DNA of 20,000 nt. Origin: an uncultured virus (IMG/VR IMGVR_UViG_2630968395_000002). Taxonomy: Duplodnaviria > Heunggongvirae > Uroviricota > Caudoviricetes. A program made the position numbers and the translations under genes. Positions 7,781 through 15,626 of the stretch are shown in pieces (the first letter of the stretch is position 1; each line of letters begins with the position of its first letter). The DNA lies in IMG/VR virus record IMGVR_UViG_2630968395_000002. One strand, given 5' to 3'. The notes below the pieces were generated by a model that saw only the letters and a list, made by a program, of their open reading frames with translations, was not told the DNA's origin and searched no databases.

Positions 7781-7937
7781 CGGTGATTTAAGTGCCGATA
7801 TCCGCCAGTTAGAAACCGCACTGGTGGCTTGTGGGCTGCAAGTGGAAGCCATTAAACAGTGTCAGGAGCAACACTATGCTAAAACCCAAACTGCTACGCC
7901 AAGCCTTAACCGACAGTCTGCCACTGTTGCAGACTAA
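7623..7937 (+). CDS. lysC: Outer-membrane lipoprotein spanin (LysC/Rz1-like)
   Basis: MKIKSCVIGSLLLCLLMLSGC lipobox, Pro-rich segment, CPTVNSC...NGDL...C..QVEAIKQCQ. Overlaps the lysB 3' end and the R start in another frame. Confidence 0.85.
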   Translation: MKIKSCVIGSLLLCLLMLSGCTSAPRSPAPTVIYVGCPTVNSCPLPGSSPAVNGDLSADIRQLETALVACGLQVEAIKQCQEQHYAKTQTATPSLNRQSATVAD

Positions 7938-8331
7938 CCCGGAGCGGCTGAAAATGTTTGTTGACGGTGGGCGGATTGTCTCGACGCTGGCCCCGTCGCT
8001 GTCTTTCGAGAATCAATATACGCTGACACTGTTTATTGAGGATTTTCCCAGTGATGTGGATTATCTCTTTGTGCCGATTTTGGCATGGCTGCGGGAGCAT
8101 CAACCGGACATCATGGCGACAGAAGAAAAGCGCCGCACCGGCTTTATTCATAAGGTCGATGTGATGAGTGATGTGTTGAGTGATATCCGTATCGACTTGC
8201 AACTGACAGAGCGGGTGATAGTGAAAGAGCAGGACGGCGCACTGCATGTTAACCATGCGCCTGAACCGGCTTGGTCGGGCGCGCTCCCTCGTCCAACGGC
8301 AATGTATTTCCACGGTGAACAGATTAAATGA
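7876..8331 (+). CDS. R: Tail completion protein gpR
   Basis: MLKPKLLRQAL...SLSFE..YTL...WLREHQPD...LTERVIV; GGAG upstream of ATG 7876. Confidence 0.92.
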   Translation: MLKPKLLRQALTDSLPLLQTNPERLKMFVDGGRIVSTLAPSLSFENQYTLTLFIEDFPSDVDYLFVPILAWLREHQPDIMATEEKRRTGFIHKVDVMSDVLSDIRIDLQLTERVIVKEQDGALHVNHAPEPAWSGALPRPTAMYFHGEQIK

Positions 8332-8777
8332 ATGAGTTGAAACCCTTTGATGATGCACTGGCCGGACTGATTGCCAACCTGTCACCTAAAGCGCGCAAGG
8401 CACTGGCGGTCACGGTTGCTAAGCGACTGCGCGCCAGCCAACAACAGCGCATTAAACGCCAGCAAGCGCCCGACGGCACCCCGTATGCTGCCCGTAAATC
8501 GCAACCCGTCCGTAAACCCAAAGGGCGCATTAAGCGTGAAATGTTTGTCAAGTTACGAGCCGCGCGTTACATGAAAGCGAACAGCAGCCCTAATGATGCG
8601 GTGGTCGAATTTGCCGGACGTGTAAAGCGGATGGCGGCAGTACATCATTTTGGTCTGCGTGACCGTCCGAACGTGCACAGCAAAGATGTGCAATATGATG
8701 AACGGCCATTGCTGGGGTTTAGTCAGCAAGATATTGCCATGGTCGAAAGTGCTGTTATGGAAAGCCTGTCAAAATAA
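8328..8777 (+). CDS. S: Tail completion protein gpS (virion morphogenesis family)
   Basis: LRASQQQRIKRQQAPDGTPYAARK...MFVKLR...VHHFGLRD...RPLLG. Confidence 0.92.
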   Translation: MNELKPFDDALAGLIANLSPKARKALAVTVAKRLRASQQQRIKRQQAPDGTPYAARKSQPVRKPKGRIKREMFVKLRAARYMKANSSPNDAVVEFAGRVKRMAAVHHFGLRDRPNVHSKDVQYDERPLLGFSQQDIAMVESAVMESLSK

Positions 8778-8786
8778 TGTTCCTGT

Positions 8787-8850
8787 TGTCCTGTCGATGA
8801 ACAAACCCGCACGAATTGCCGCCTGACCTGTTGGGCGGCATCCTTTCTGC
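8787..8850 (+). promoter_or_regulatory. Late promoter pV (probably gives a leaderless transcript)
   Basis: Imperfect Ogr site (TGT 8787-8789 ... ACAAA 8801-8805) centred about 55 nt upstream of the V ATG. CATCCT lies 6 nt before the ATG and there is no Shine-Dalgarno. Confidence 0.65.
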
Positions 8851-9492
8851 ATGAACACTCAAACCCAACTTACTGAAATTCTGCGCCTGCTGCGCAACCT
8901 TATCCGTATTGGTACGGTGGCCGAGGTCGATCTCGACCAAGCCCTGTGCCGCGTGGCGACGGGCGACAATACCACCGGCTGGCTGAACTGGCTGACGTTG
9001 CGCGCTGGTCAATCGCGATCATGGTGGGCACCGTCCAAGGGTGAGCAGGTGTTGATATTGTCCCTCGGTGGTGAACTGGATACCGCCTTTGTGCTGCCAG
9101 GCATTTTCTCTGATGACTTCCCGCCGCCGTCGGCCTCGGCGAATGGCCTGTATATCGCCTTTCCTGACGGTGCAACTTTGCACTATGAACCTGACAGCGG
9201 CGAGTTGCGCGCTGATGGCGTCAAAACAGCGGTTATCAATGCCAGTGAATCGGTGAGTGTTACCGCCCCCAATATCGCCTGTACTGCCTCGGTGAAAATC
9301 TTGCTGGATACGCCAGTAGTGGAATGCACTAACAACCTGACTACCGCCACGCTGAATGTAACCCAAGGCGGCAAGTTGAGCGGAAACATTGAACATTCCA
9401 GCGGTTCGTTCTCATCCAATGGCGTGGTAGTCGATAAACATGACCACGGCGGAGTTCAGCGCGGCGGCAGTTATACGGAGGGGATCCGATGA
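8851..9492 (+). CDS. V: Baseplate spike gpV
   Basis: LLRNLIRIGTV...WLNWLTLRAG...WWAPSKGEQV, plus the C-terminal HxH iron-binding motif (KHDHGGVQRG). Confidence 0.95.
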   Translation: MNTQTQLTEILRLLRNLIRIGTVAEVDLDQALCRVATGDNTTGWLNWLTLRAGQSRSWWAPSKGEQVLILSLGGELDTAFVLPGIFSDDFPPPSASANGLYIAFPDGATLHYEPDSGELRADGVKTAVINASESVSVTAPNIACTASVKILLDTPVVECTNNLTTATLNVTQGGKLSGNIEHSSGSFSSNGVVVDKHDHGGVQRGGSYTEGIR

Positions 9493-9839
9493 CCACAGCC
9501 AAATATCTCGGCATGAGCCGGAGCGCCGGACAGACCATTACCGACGCTGATCATATCAGCCAGTCAATCGCCGACATTCTGATTACGCCGGTGGGTTCGC
9601 GGGTGATGCGCCGCGCTTATGGTTCGTTGTTATCGGAGCTGATTGACCAGCCGCAAAATCCGGCGCTGCGCTTGCAAATTATGGCCGCCAGTTACAGTGC
9701 CATTCTGCGCTGGGAGCCAAGGGTTAAGCTGACCAGCATCACTTTTGAAACCACCTTTGACGGAAAAATGGTGGTTGATATCACTGGCACCCGCAGCGAT
9801 AGCGCGGCCCCTTTTTCTTTAACTATTCCTGTGAGCTGA
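9489..9839 (+). CDS. W: Baseplate protein gpW (gp25-like)
   Basis: HISQSIADILITPVGSRVMRRAYGS...WEPRV. Confidence 0.94.
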   Translation: MTTAKYLGMSRSAGQTITDADHISQSIADILITPVGSRVMRRAYGSLLSELIDQPQNPALRLQIMAASYSAILRWEPRVKLTSITFETTFDGKMVVDITGTRSDSAAPFSLTIPVS

Positions 9840-9843
9840 CCCT

Positions 9844-10752
9844 ATGGCAACCATTGACCTGAGCCTGTTACCGCCGCCGTTTGTGGTGGAAGAACTGGAT
9901 TATGAAACCTTGCTGGCCGAGCGCAAAGCGACGCTGATGTCTCTTTACCCGGAGGAACAGCGCGCCGCCGTGGCCCGTACCCTGTCGCTGGAATCTGAGC
10001 CACTGGTCAAGCTGTTGCAGGAAAACGCCTACCGTGAAGTGATCTTGCGCCAACGCGTCAATGATGCCGCCCGCGCGGTGATGGTGGCCTATGCCGTCGG
10101 CAGTGACTTAGACCAGCTCGGCGCAAATAACAATGTTGAGCGATTGGTGATCACCCCGGCAGACCCCACCGCGATTCCACCAATTGAGGCAGTGATGGAA
10201 TCGGACAGTGATTTCCGCGTGCGTATCCCGCAAGCCTTTGAGGGCTTGAGCGTCGCCGGGCCAACCGGGGCTTATGAATATCACGCCAAAAGCGCTGACG
10301 GCCGGGTGGCCGATGCCTCGGCAATCAGTCCGACCCCGGCCTGTGTCACCGTCACGGTGTTGTCGCGGGAGGGTAACGGCGCAGCATCAAGCGAACTGTT
10401 GGCGGTGGTGGAAGCCGCGCTCAATGATGAGAACACACGACCAGTGGCTGACCGGGTGACAGTGCAATCCGCCCGTATTGAAGATTATGAGATTGACGCG
10501 GTGCTCTATCTGCATCCGGGGCCAGAGGCGGAGCCAATCCGCGCGGCAGCCGAAAAGAAACTGAACGCCTTTGTTACCGCACAGCGCCGCCTTGGCCGCG
10601 ACATTCGCCTGTCGGCACTGTATGCCGCGCTGCATATCGAGGGTGTCCAGCGGGCGGTGATTAATGCCCCGATAGCTGATGTGGTGCTGGATAAAACCCA
10701 AGCCGCATTCTGCACCGGCAGCGCCATCACGGTTGGGGGTACAGATGACTGA
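9844..10752 (+). CDS. J: Baseplate protein gpJ
   Basis: MATIDLSLLPPP...ESEPLVKLLQENAYRE...SVAGPTGAYEYHA...RPVADRVTV. Confidence 0.95.
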   Translation: MATIDLSLLPPPFVVEELDYETLLAERKATLMSLYPEEQRAAVARTLSLESEPLVKLLQENAYREVILRQRVNDAARAVMVAYAVGSDLDQLGANNNVERLVITPADPTAIPPIEAVMESDSDFRVRIPQAFEGLSVAGPTGAYEYHAKSADGRVADASAISPTPACVTVTVLSREGNGAASSELLAVVEAALNDENTRPVADRVTVQSARIEDYEIDAVLYLHPGPEAEPIRAAAEKKLNAFVTAQRRLGRDIRLSALYAALHIEGVQRAVINAPIADVVLDKTQAAFCTGSAITVGGTDD

Positions 10753-11353
10753 CCGTTTATTGCCAGTCGGTTCCTCGGTACTGGAAGTGGCCGCCGCCCG
10801 CGCCTGTGCCGAACTGGAAAATACCCCGGTTCCGATTCGCCAGCTCTGGAACGCCGACACCTGCCCGCTGGAATTATTGCCTTATTTGGCGTGGGCGTGG
10901 TCAGTGGATCGCTGGGATGAGAAGTGGCCGGAAGCCACCAAGCGTGCGGTGGTGAAGTCCTCGCAGTATGTCCATAAACACAAAGGCACCATTGGTGCTA
11001 TTCGTCGGGTGGTTGAGCCGCTCGGCTATCTCATCAAGGTGATCGAGTGGTGGAAGACTAACGAAACGCCCGGCACTTTTCGCCTGGACGTTGGCGTATT
11101 GGAAACCGGCATTACCGAAGAAATGTATCAAGAGCTGGAACGGCTGATAGATGACGCCAAGCCATGCAGCCGTCACTTAGTTGGTCTGTCTATCAACCTC
11201 GACAGTAGCGGCCCGTTATATGTGGCCGCCGCCAGTTACAGCGGCGATGAACTGACCATCTACCCCTATTTGCCTGAAACCATAATCGTGACCGGCGAGG
11301 ATTACGCCAGTGCCGCAGTCCATATTATTGATGACATGAGAGTGAACCCATGA
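10745..11353 (+). CDS. I: Baseplate/tail protein gpI
   Basis: MTDRLLPVGSS...CPLELLPYLAWAWSVDRWD...HKHKGTIGA...AKPCSRH. ATG 10745 overlaps the end of J. Confidence 0.94.
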   Translation: MTDRLLPVGSSVLEVAAARACAELENTPVPIRQLWNADTCPLELLPYLAWAWSVDRWDEKWPEATKRAVVKSSQYVHKHKGTIGAIRRVVEPLGYLIKVIEWWKTNETPGTFRLDVGVLETGITEEMYQELERLIDDAKPCSRHLVGLSINLDSSGPLYVAAASYSGDELTIYPYLPETIIVTGEDYASAAVHIIDDMRVNP

Positions 11354-12789
11354 CCGTGAAATTCTTTGCTTTACTGACCAACATCGGCGCGGCCAAGCTG
11401 GCGAACGCTACCGCGCTCGGCACCCGTTTAGAGATCACCCAAATGGCGGTTGGGGATGGCGGCGGAACTCTGCCAACCCCTAACCCGGCACAAACCCAGC
11501 TGGTGAATGAACAGCGCCGCGCTGCCCTTAATATGCTGACCATTGACCCGGTTAATACCAGTCAGATTATTGCTGAACAGGTTATTCCTGAGACTGAGGG
11601 CGGATGGTGGATCCGGGAAATTGGCTTGCTGGATAAAGACGGTGATTTGATTGCCATTGCCAACTGCGCGGAAACCTATAAACCGCAACTGCAAGAGGGC
11701 AGCGGGCGCACCCAAACCATTCGGGTCATTTTGATTGTCAGCAGCACCGCCGCTGTCACGCTAAAAATCGACCCATCCGTAGTATTGGCAACGCGGAAAT
11801 ATGCAGACGACAAAGCAATTGAGGTTAGGCAGTATGCAGATAAGTTACTGTCTGAGCACGTCGCTGCGACAGATCCTCACGACCAATATTTACGTGCCGC
11901 CGACAATCTTGCGGGCGTGAACGATAAGTCTCAAGGTCGAAAAAATATGGGGTTGGGCAAACTTGCACAACTGGACGAACTGGCATTCTCTGATGTGGGT
12001 GCCGCGTCAGCCAATGATGTCGTATCACGTACACGGGGAGGCACATTTGATAAATCATTGCACGTTCGTGACACATTGAGCGCAGGTAATATCAAATCAG
12101 AAACTAATATTGACGCGTCCGGGATTATTACTTCTCGTAATAAAATTGAATGTCGTTCGCCGGGTTCTGATGCCTATTCCGCCGGGTTCCGCTGTTATAT
12201 TCGTGACTCGGTCACATCAATCACTACAGATTATGTCAATACGCATCCCGAAGGTGGGGAGCAGTGGGTGTTCGCGACAAATTACAACTTTGTTACTGGG
12301 GGTGTTGATTTCACTACCCGAGGTCATTTTATTTCTAATGGGATAGTGCGTGCGGGAGGGCTTGACGGTGGGTTTATGGATGGCAGTGGAAATATCACCG
12401 GGGCGGTGTGGGGGGAAGGGGGTGGGGATCTTTGGGGATTTATTAACAATAAAATCGCGGGTGTGCTGGCACAGTTTGGTAAACGTCACTTTGCTGGTTC
12501 GGATTATATCCGTATTCCAGACGTGCCGGGCGGGCTGATTGTGCAATGGATGACTGGCCCTGTTTCTGCCGGCGAAAATATCGCTTACCCTGAACTGGCT
12601 TTCCCCACCGCCTTTCCTGTTGCGTGTCTAATGGCATTCACGGCCACTCAGGGGAATGACACAATACAAGCCGATGTGATGTTTCAAACATCGCGTTGGA
12701 ATAACAGCACGGTAAAGGTGTTCCCGCAATGGTTTGGCACTGCACAGCAAAACCTGTGCTATCCACTTATTTTCGCCATTGGCTATTAA
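11350..12789 (+). CDS. H: Tail fibre protein gpH (479 aa)
   Basis: Conserved N-terminus (MAVGDGGG, GGWWIREIGL, ETYKPQLQEGSGRTQ, DPSVVLATR, DPHDQY), followed by a divergent distal half ending GLIVQW...FPTAFP...FAIGY. Confidence 0.92.
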   Translation: MTVKFFALLTNIGAAKLANATALGTRLEITQMAVGDGGGTLPTPNPAQTQLVNEQRRAALNMLTIDPVNTSQIIAEQVIPETEGGWWIREIGLLDKDGDLIAIANCAETYKPQLQEGSGRTQTIRVILIVSSTAAVTLKIDPSVVLATRKYADDKAIEVRQYADKLLSEHVAATDPHDQYLRAADNLAGVNDKSQGRKNMGLGKLAQLDELAFSDVGAASANDVVSRTRGGTFDKSLHVRDTLSAGNIKSETNIDASGIITSRNKIECRSPGSDAYSAGFRCYIRDSVTSITTDYVNTHPEGGEQWVFATNYNFVTGGVDFTTRGHFISNGIVRAGGLDGGFMDGSGNITGAVWGEGGGDLWGFINNKIAGVLAQFGKRHFAGSDYIRIPDVPGGLIVQWMTGPVSAGENIAYPELAFPTAFPVACLMAFTATQGNDTIQADVMFQTSRWNNSTVKVFPQWFGTAQQNLCYPLIFAIGY

Positions 12790-12800
12790 GGATAAAAAAC

Positions 12801-13283
12801 ATGATCTATTTTTCTGCTACAACGGGCGGTTTTTATCCGCAGGAATGGAAAGAAGAATATCTGGCAACAGGTAGCTGGCCTGATGATGCACTATTGCTCA
12901 CGAAAAAAGAACAAACGAAATATTGGAAACACGTTCCAGCCACGGGGAAAATGTTAGGGGTTATGAAAGGCCGTCCGGTCTGGCTGGATATTCCGCCGTT
13001 ACCTGCGCCTCACGGCGATACCCTCGCCGCACTTGCCCGCCGTCATCGCGATGCTTTTATCAAAACCACGGATTCAATTACTGTAATTGATTATTCAATT
13101 GATGATAGCCCGCTAACTGATACTCAACGTGCCGAGCTAACCGCTACCCGCGCCGCCTATCGCGCATGGCCCACGGTTGAAAACTGGCCACAGGTTGAAT
13201 TGCCGGAACTGCCGCAATGGCTTTTGATCGAGGCAGTAAATCAGGGGTATTGCATTCCCAACTGGCCTCCGCTGTCAGCCTGA
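12801..13283 (+). CDS. Tail fibre assembly chaperone (gpG position)
   Basis: MIYFSATTGGFYP...GSWPDDA...GRPVWLDIPP...AYRAWP..WP. AAGGA upstream of ATG 12801; directly follows H. Confidence 0.8.
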   Translation: MIYFSATTGGFYPQEWKEEYLATGSWPDDALLLTKKEQTKYWKHVPATGKMLGVMKGRPVWLDIPPLPAPHGDTLAALARRHRDAFIKTTDSITVIDYSIDDSPLTDTQRAELTATRAAYRAWPTVENWPQVELPELPQWLLIEAVNQGYCIPNWPPLSA

Positions 13284-13294
13284 TATTTCAACTT

Positions 13295-13316
13295 AGCCCC
13301 GATTGCGGGGCTTTTT
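13295..13316 (+). terminator. Rho-independent terminator of the V-G operon
   Basis: agccccg-attg-cggggct hairpin followed by a T run. Confidence 0.85.
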
Positions 13317-13319
13317 CGT

Positions 13320-13380
13320 TGTACCAACCACCACACATCCCCTATCAGATGCCCTTCGCACGGTAAGTCGTCACCATACT
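13320..13380 (+). promoter_or_regulatory. Late promoter pF with Ogr site
   Basis: TGT-N12-ACA at 13320-13337 and -10-like CATACT at 13375-13380, upstream of FI. Confidence 0.8.
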
Positions 13381-13410
13381 CTCTACCCTCAACCAACAGA
13401 GAGTTAATCC

Positions 13411-14580
13411 ATGAGTGATTATCATCACGGCGCGCGCGTCATCGAAATCAACGACGGTACTCGCGTTATTTCCACTGTTTCCACCGCCATTATCGGCATG
13501 GTCTGTACCAGCGATGATGCCGACGCGGCAACATTTCCCCTTAACACCCCGGTACTGATTACCAACGTACTGGCCGCCGCCGGTAAAGCCGGTAAAAAAG
13601 GTACCCTGACCGCGTCATTGCTGGCGATTGCGGAGCAGGCCCGCCCGGTCACCATTGTCGTTCGCGTGGCTACAGGTAAAGATGAGGCTGAAACTACCAC
13701 CAATATTATTGGTGGTGCTGACGAGAACGGCCGCTATACAGGCATGAAAGCGTTGTTAGATGCGCAGTCTGTTACTGGTGTCCGCCCGCGCATTCTCGGC
13801 GTACCGGGGCTGGATAATCTGGAGGTCTCAACCGCACTGGCGGGTATCTGTCAGCAATTACGGGCCTTTGGTTATATCAGCGCCTATGGTTGCAAAACCA
13901 TTTCAGAAGCGATGTTGTACCGTGACAATTTCAGTCAACGCGAGTTGATGCTGATTTGGCCGGACTTCCTGAGCTGGAACACCACGGCCAACAGCACCGA
14001 CATTGCTTATGCCACTGCCCGTGCCCTTGGCCTGCGCGCCAAGATTGACCAAGAGACGGGATGGCATAAAACCCTGTCTAACGTCGGCGTGAATGGCGTG
14101 ACCGGTATCTCTGCCAGCGTCTACTGGGATTTACAGACCGTTGGCACTGACGCCGACCTGCTCAACCAAGCCTGTGTAACCACCCTTGTGCGCAAAGACG
14201 GTTTCAAGTTTTGGGGTTCGCGTACCTGCTCCGATGATCCACTGTTCGCTTTTGAGAACTACACCCGCACCGCACAAATTCTGGCTGACACCATGGCCGA
14301 GGCACAATTGTGGGCGATTGACCGCCCGATGCACCCGACACTGGTTAAAGACATGATTGGCAGCATCAACGCCAAGTTCCGCGAAATGAAATCCGCCGGG
14401 CTGATTATTGACGGTACTTGCTGGTATGACGACAGCGCCAACGATAAAGACACGCTAAAAGCGGGCAAACTGTTTATTGATTACGACTACACCCCAGTGC
14501 CACCACTGGAAGATTTAACTCTTCGCCAGCGTATCACCGATAAATATCTGGTGAACTTTGCCGCTGCCGTCAACAGCTAA
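13411..14580 (+). CDS. FI: Tail sheath protein gpFI
   Basis: MSDYHHGARVIEINDGTR...PRILGVPGLD...GWHKTLSNV...FWGSRTCSDDP...YTPVPPLEDL. Confidence 0.96.
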   Translation: MSDYHHGARVIEINDGTRVISTVSTAIIGMVCTSDDADAATFPLNTPVLITNVLAAAGKAGKKGTLTASLLAIAEQARPVTIVVRVATGKDEAETTTNIIGGADENGRYTGMKALLDAQSVTGVRPRILGVPGLDNLEVSTALAGICQQLRAFGYISAYGCKTISEAMLYRDNFSQRELMLIWPDFLSWNTTANSTDIAYATARALGLRAKIDQETGWHKTLSNVGVNGVTGISASVYWDLQTVGTDADLLNQACVTTLVRKDGFKFWGSRTCSDDPLFAFENYTRTAQILADTMAEAQLWAIDRPMHPTLVKDMIGSINAKFREMKSAGLIIDGTCWYDDSANDKDTLKAGKLFIDYDYTPVPPLEDLTLRQRITDKYLVNFAAAVNS

Positions 14581-14593
14581 GGAAACCTGAACT

Positions 14594-15109
14594 ATGGCAC
14601 TGCCACGTAAGCTGAAACTGATGAACCTGTTTAACGATGGCCGGGATTACATGGGGATCGTCTCCTCCATCACCCTGCCCAAACTAACCCGCAAACTGGA
14701 GAACTACCGGGGCGGCGGGATGAATGGCGCAGCGCCGATTGATTTGGGGCTGGATGATGACGCGCTGGCGATGGAGTGGGCAATGGGCGGTCTTGACGAG
14801 TTCGTGTTGCAGCAATGGGGCGCACCCAAAGTTGACGCGGTTCCGTTGCGTTTTTCTGGCGCTTACCAGCGTGATGATACTGGCGAAGTCACAGCGGTAG
14901 AGGTCGAGATCCGTGGCCGCCATAAAGAGATTGATGGCGGTGAGTCCAAGCAAGGGGAAGACACTGAAACCAAGGTGTCCACACAATGCACTTATTACAA
15001 GCTGACCATTGATGGCAAAGTCGTGATGGAGATTGACGTGGTTAACCTGATCGAAATCGTTAACGGCGTAGACCTGCTCGAAGCCCAACGCAAGGCCATT
15101 GGCCGCTAA
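14594..15109 (+). CDS. FII: Tail tube protein gpFII
   Basis: MALPRKLKLMNLFNDG...LPKLTRKLENYRGGGM...YYKLTIDG...EIDVVN. Confidence 0.96.
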   Translation: MALPRKLKLMNLFNDGRDYMGIVSSITLPKLTRKLENYRGGGMNGAAPIDLGLDDDALAMEWAMGGLDEFVLQQWGAPKVDAVPLRFSGAYQRDDTGEVTAVEVEIRGRHKEIDGGESKQGEDTETKVSTQCTYYKLTIDGKVVMEIDVVNLIEIVNGVDLLEAQRKAIGR

Positions 15110-15159
15110 CCCGACGGCCAGCACTCCGCTGGTCCTCCCTGACTGAACTGGAAAAAAAC

Positions 15160-15471
15160 ATGAAAAAAATCACGGATACACCCGCACAGACCATTGAGAT
15201 TAACGAGAACATTGTGGTACTGGAAGCGCCGATTAAACGGGGTGAAACCCTGATAACTGAAATCGAAGTCATTCGCCCCAATGCCGGTACCCTGCGCGGG
15301 GTGCGTCTTGCTGACGTGGCCAACTCTGATGTGGATGCGCTGATGGTTGTCTTGCCGCGCATCACTTACCCCTCACTGACCACGGCAGAATGTGGCCGTT
15401 TAGAACTGCCGGATTTAGTGGCGCTGGCCGGTAGGGTGATCGGTTTTTTGTCGCCGAAACAGGCGGAGTAA
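15160..15471 (+). CDS. E: Tail assembly chaperone gpE
   Basis: LEAPIKRG...PNAGTLRGVRL...DALMVVLPRIT...VIGFLSP. Confidence 0.9.
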   Translation: MKKITDTPAQTIEINENIVVLEAPIKRGETLITEIEVIRPNAGTLRGVRLADVANSDVDALMVVLPRITYPSLTTAECGRLELPDLVALAGRVIGFLSPKQAE

Positions 15472-15626
15472 CCTTCGATCCGGAACTGGAAGTTGACGAC
15501 CTGATGGCGGATATTGCTGCCATCTTTCACTGGCCGCCCTCGGAGTGTTGGGGGATGTACCTCACCGAGCTGGTGCGCTGGCGTCATAAAGCCCTGTTAC
15601 GCAGTGGAGCCGTAAACAATGAGTAG
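15444..15626 (+). CDS. E': gpE' extension (E+E' made by -1 programmed frameshift)
   Basis: Slippery TTTTTTG at 15444-15450. The -1 frame reads FVAETGGVTFDPELEVDDLMADIAAIFHWPPSECWGMYLTELVRWRHKALLRSGAVNNE to TAG at 15624-15626. Missing from the ORF track. Confidence 0.88.
   Translation, partial: FFVAETGGVTFDPELEVDDLMADIAAIFHWPPSECWGMYLTELVRWRHKALLRSGAVNNE

Noticed and set aside
3040..12800. Longer ORF-track starts for O (3040), endolysin (6835), lysC (7596), R (7831), I (10679) and the fibre chaperone (12729)
   Set aside because: Downstream ATGs have better Shine-Dalgarno or coupling context and match the family N-termini.
15110..15159. Small hairpin (gccagc/gctggt) between FII and E
   Set aside because: Short with no adjacent U-tract; possibly a stability element but not supportable.
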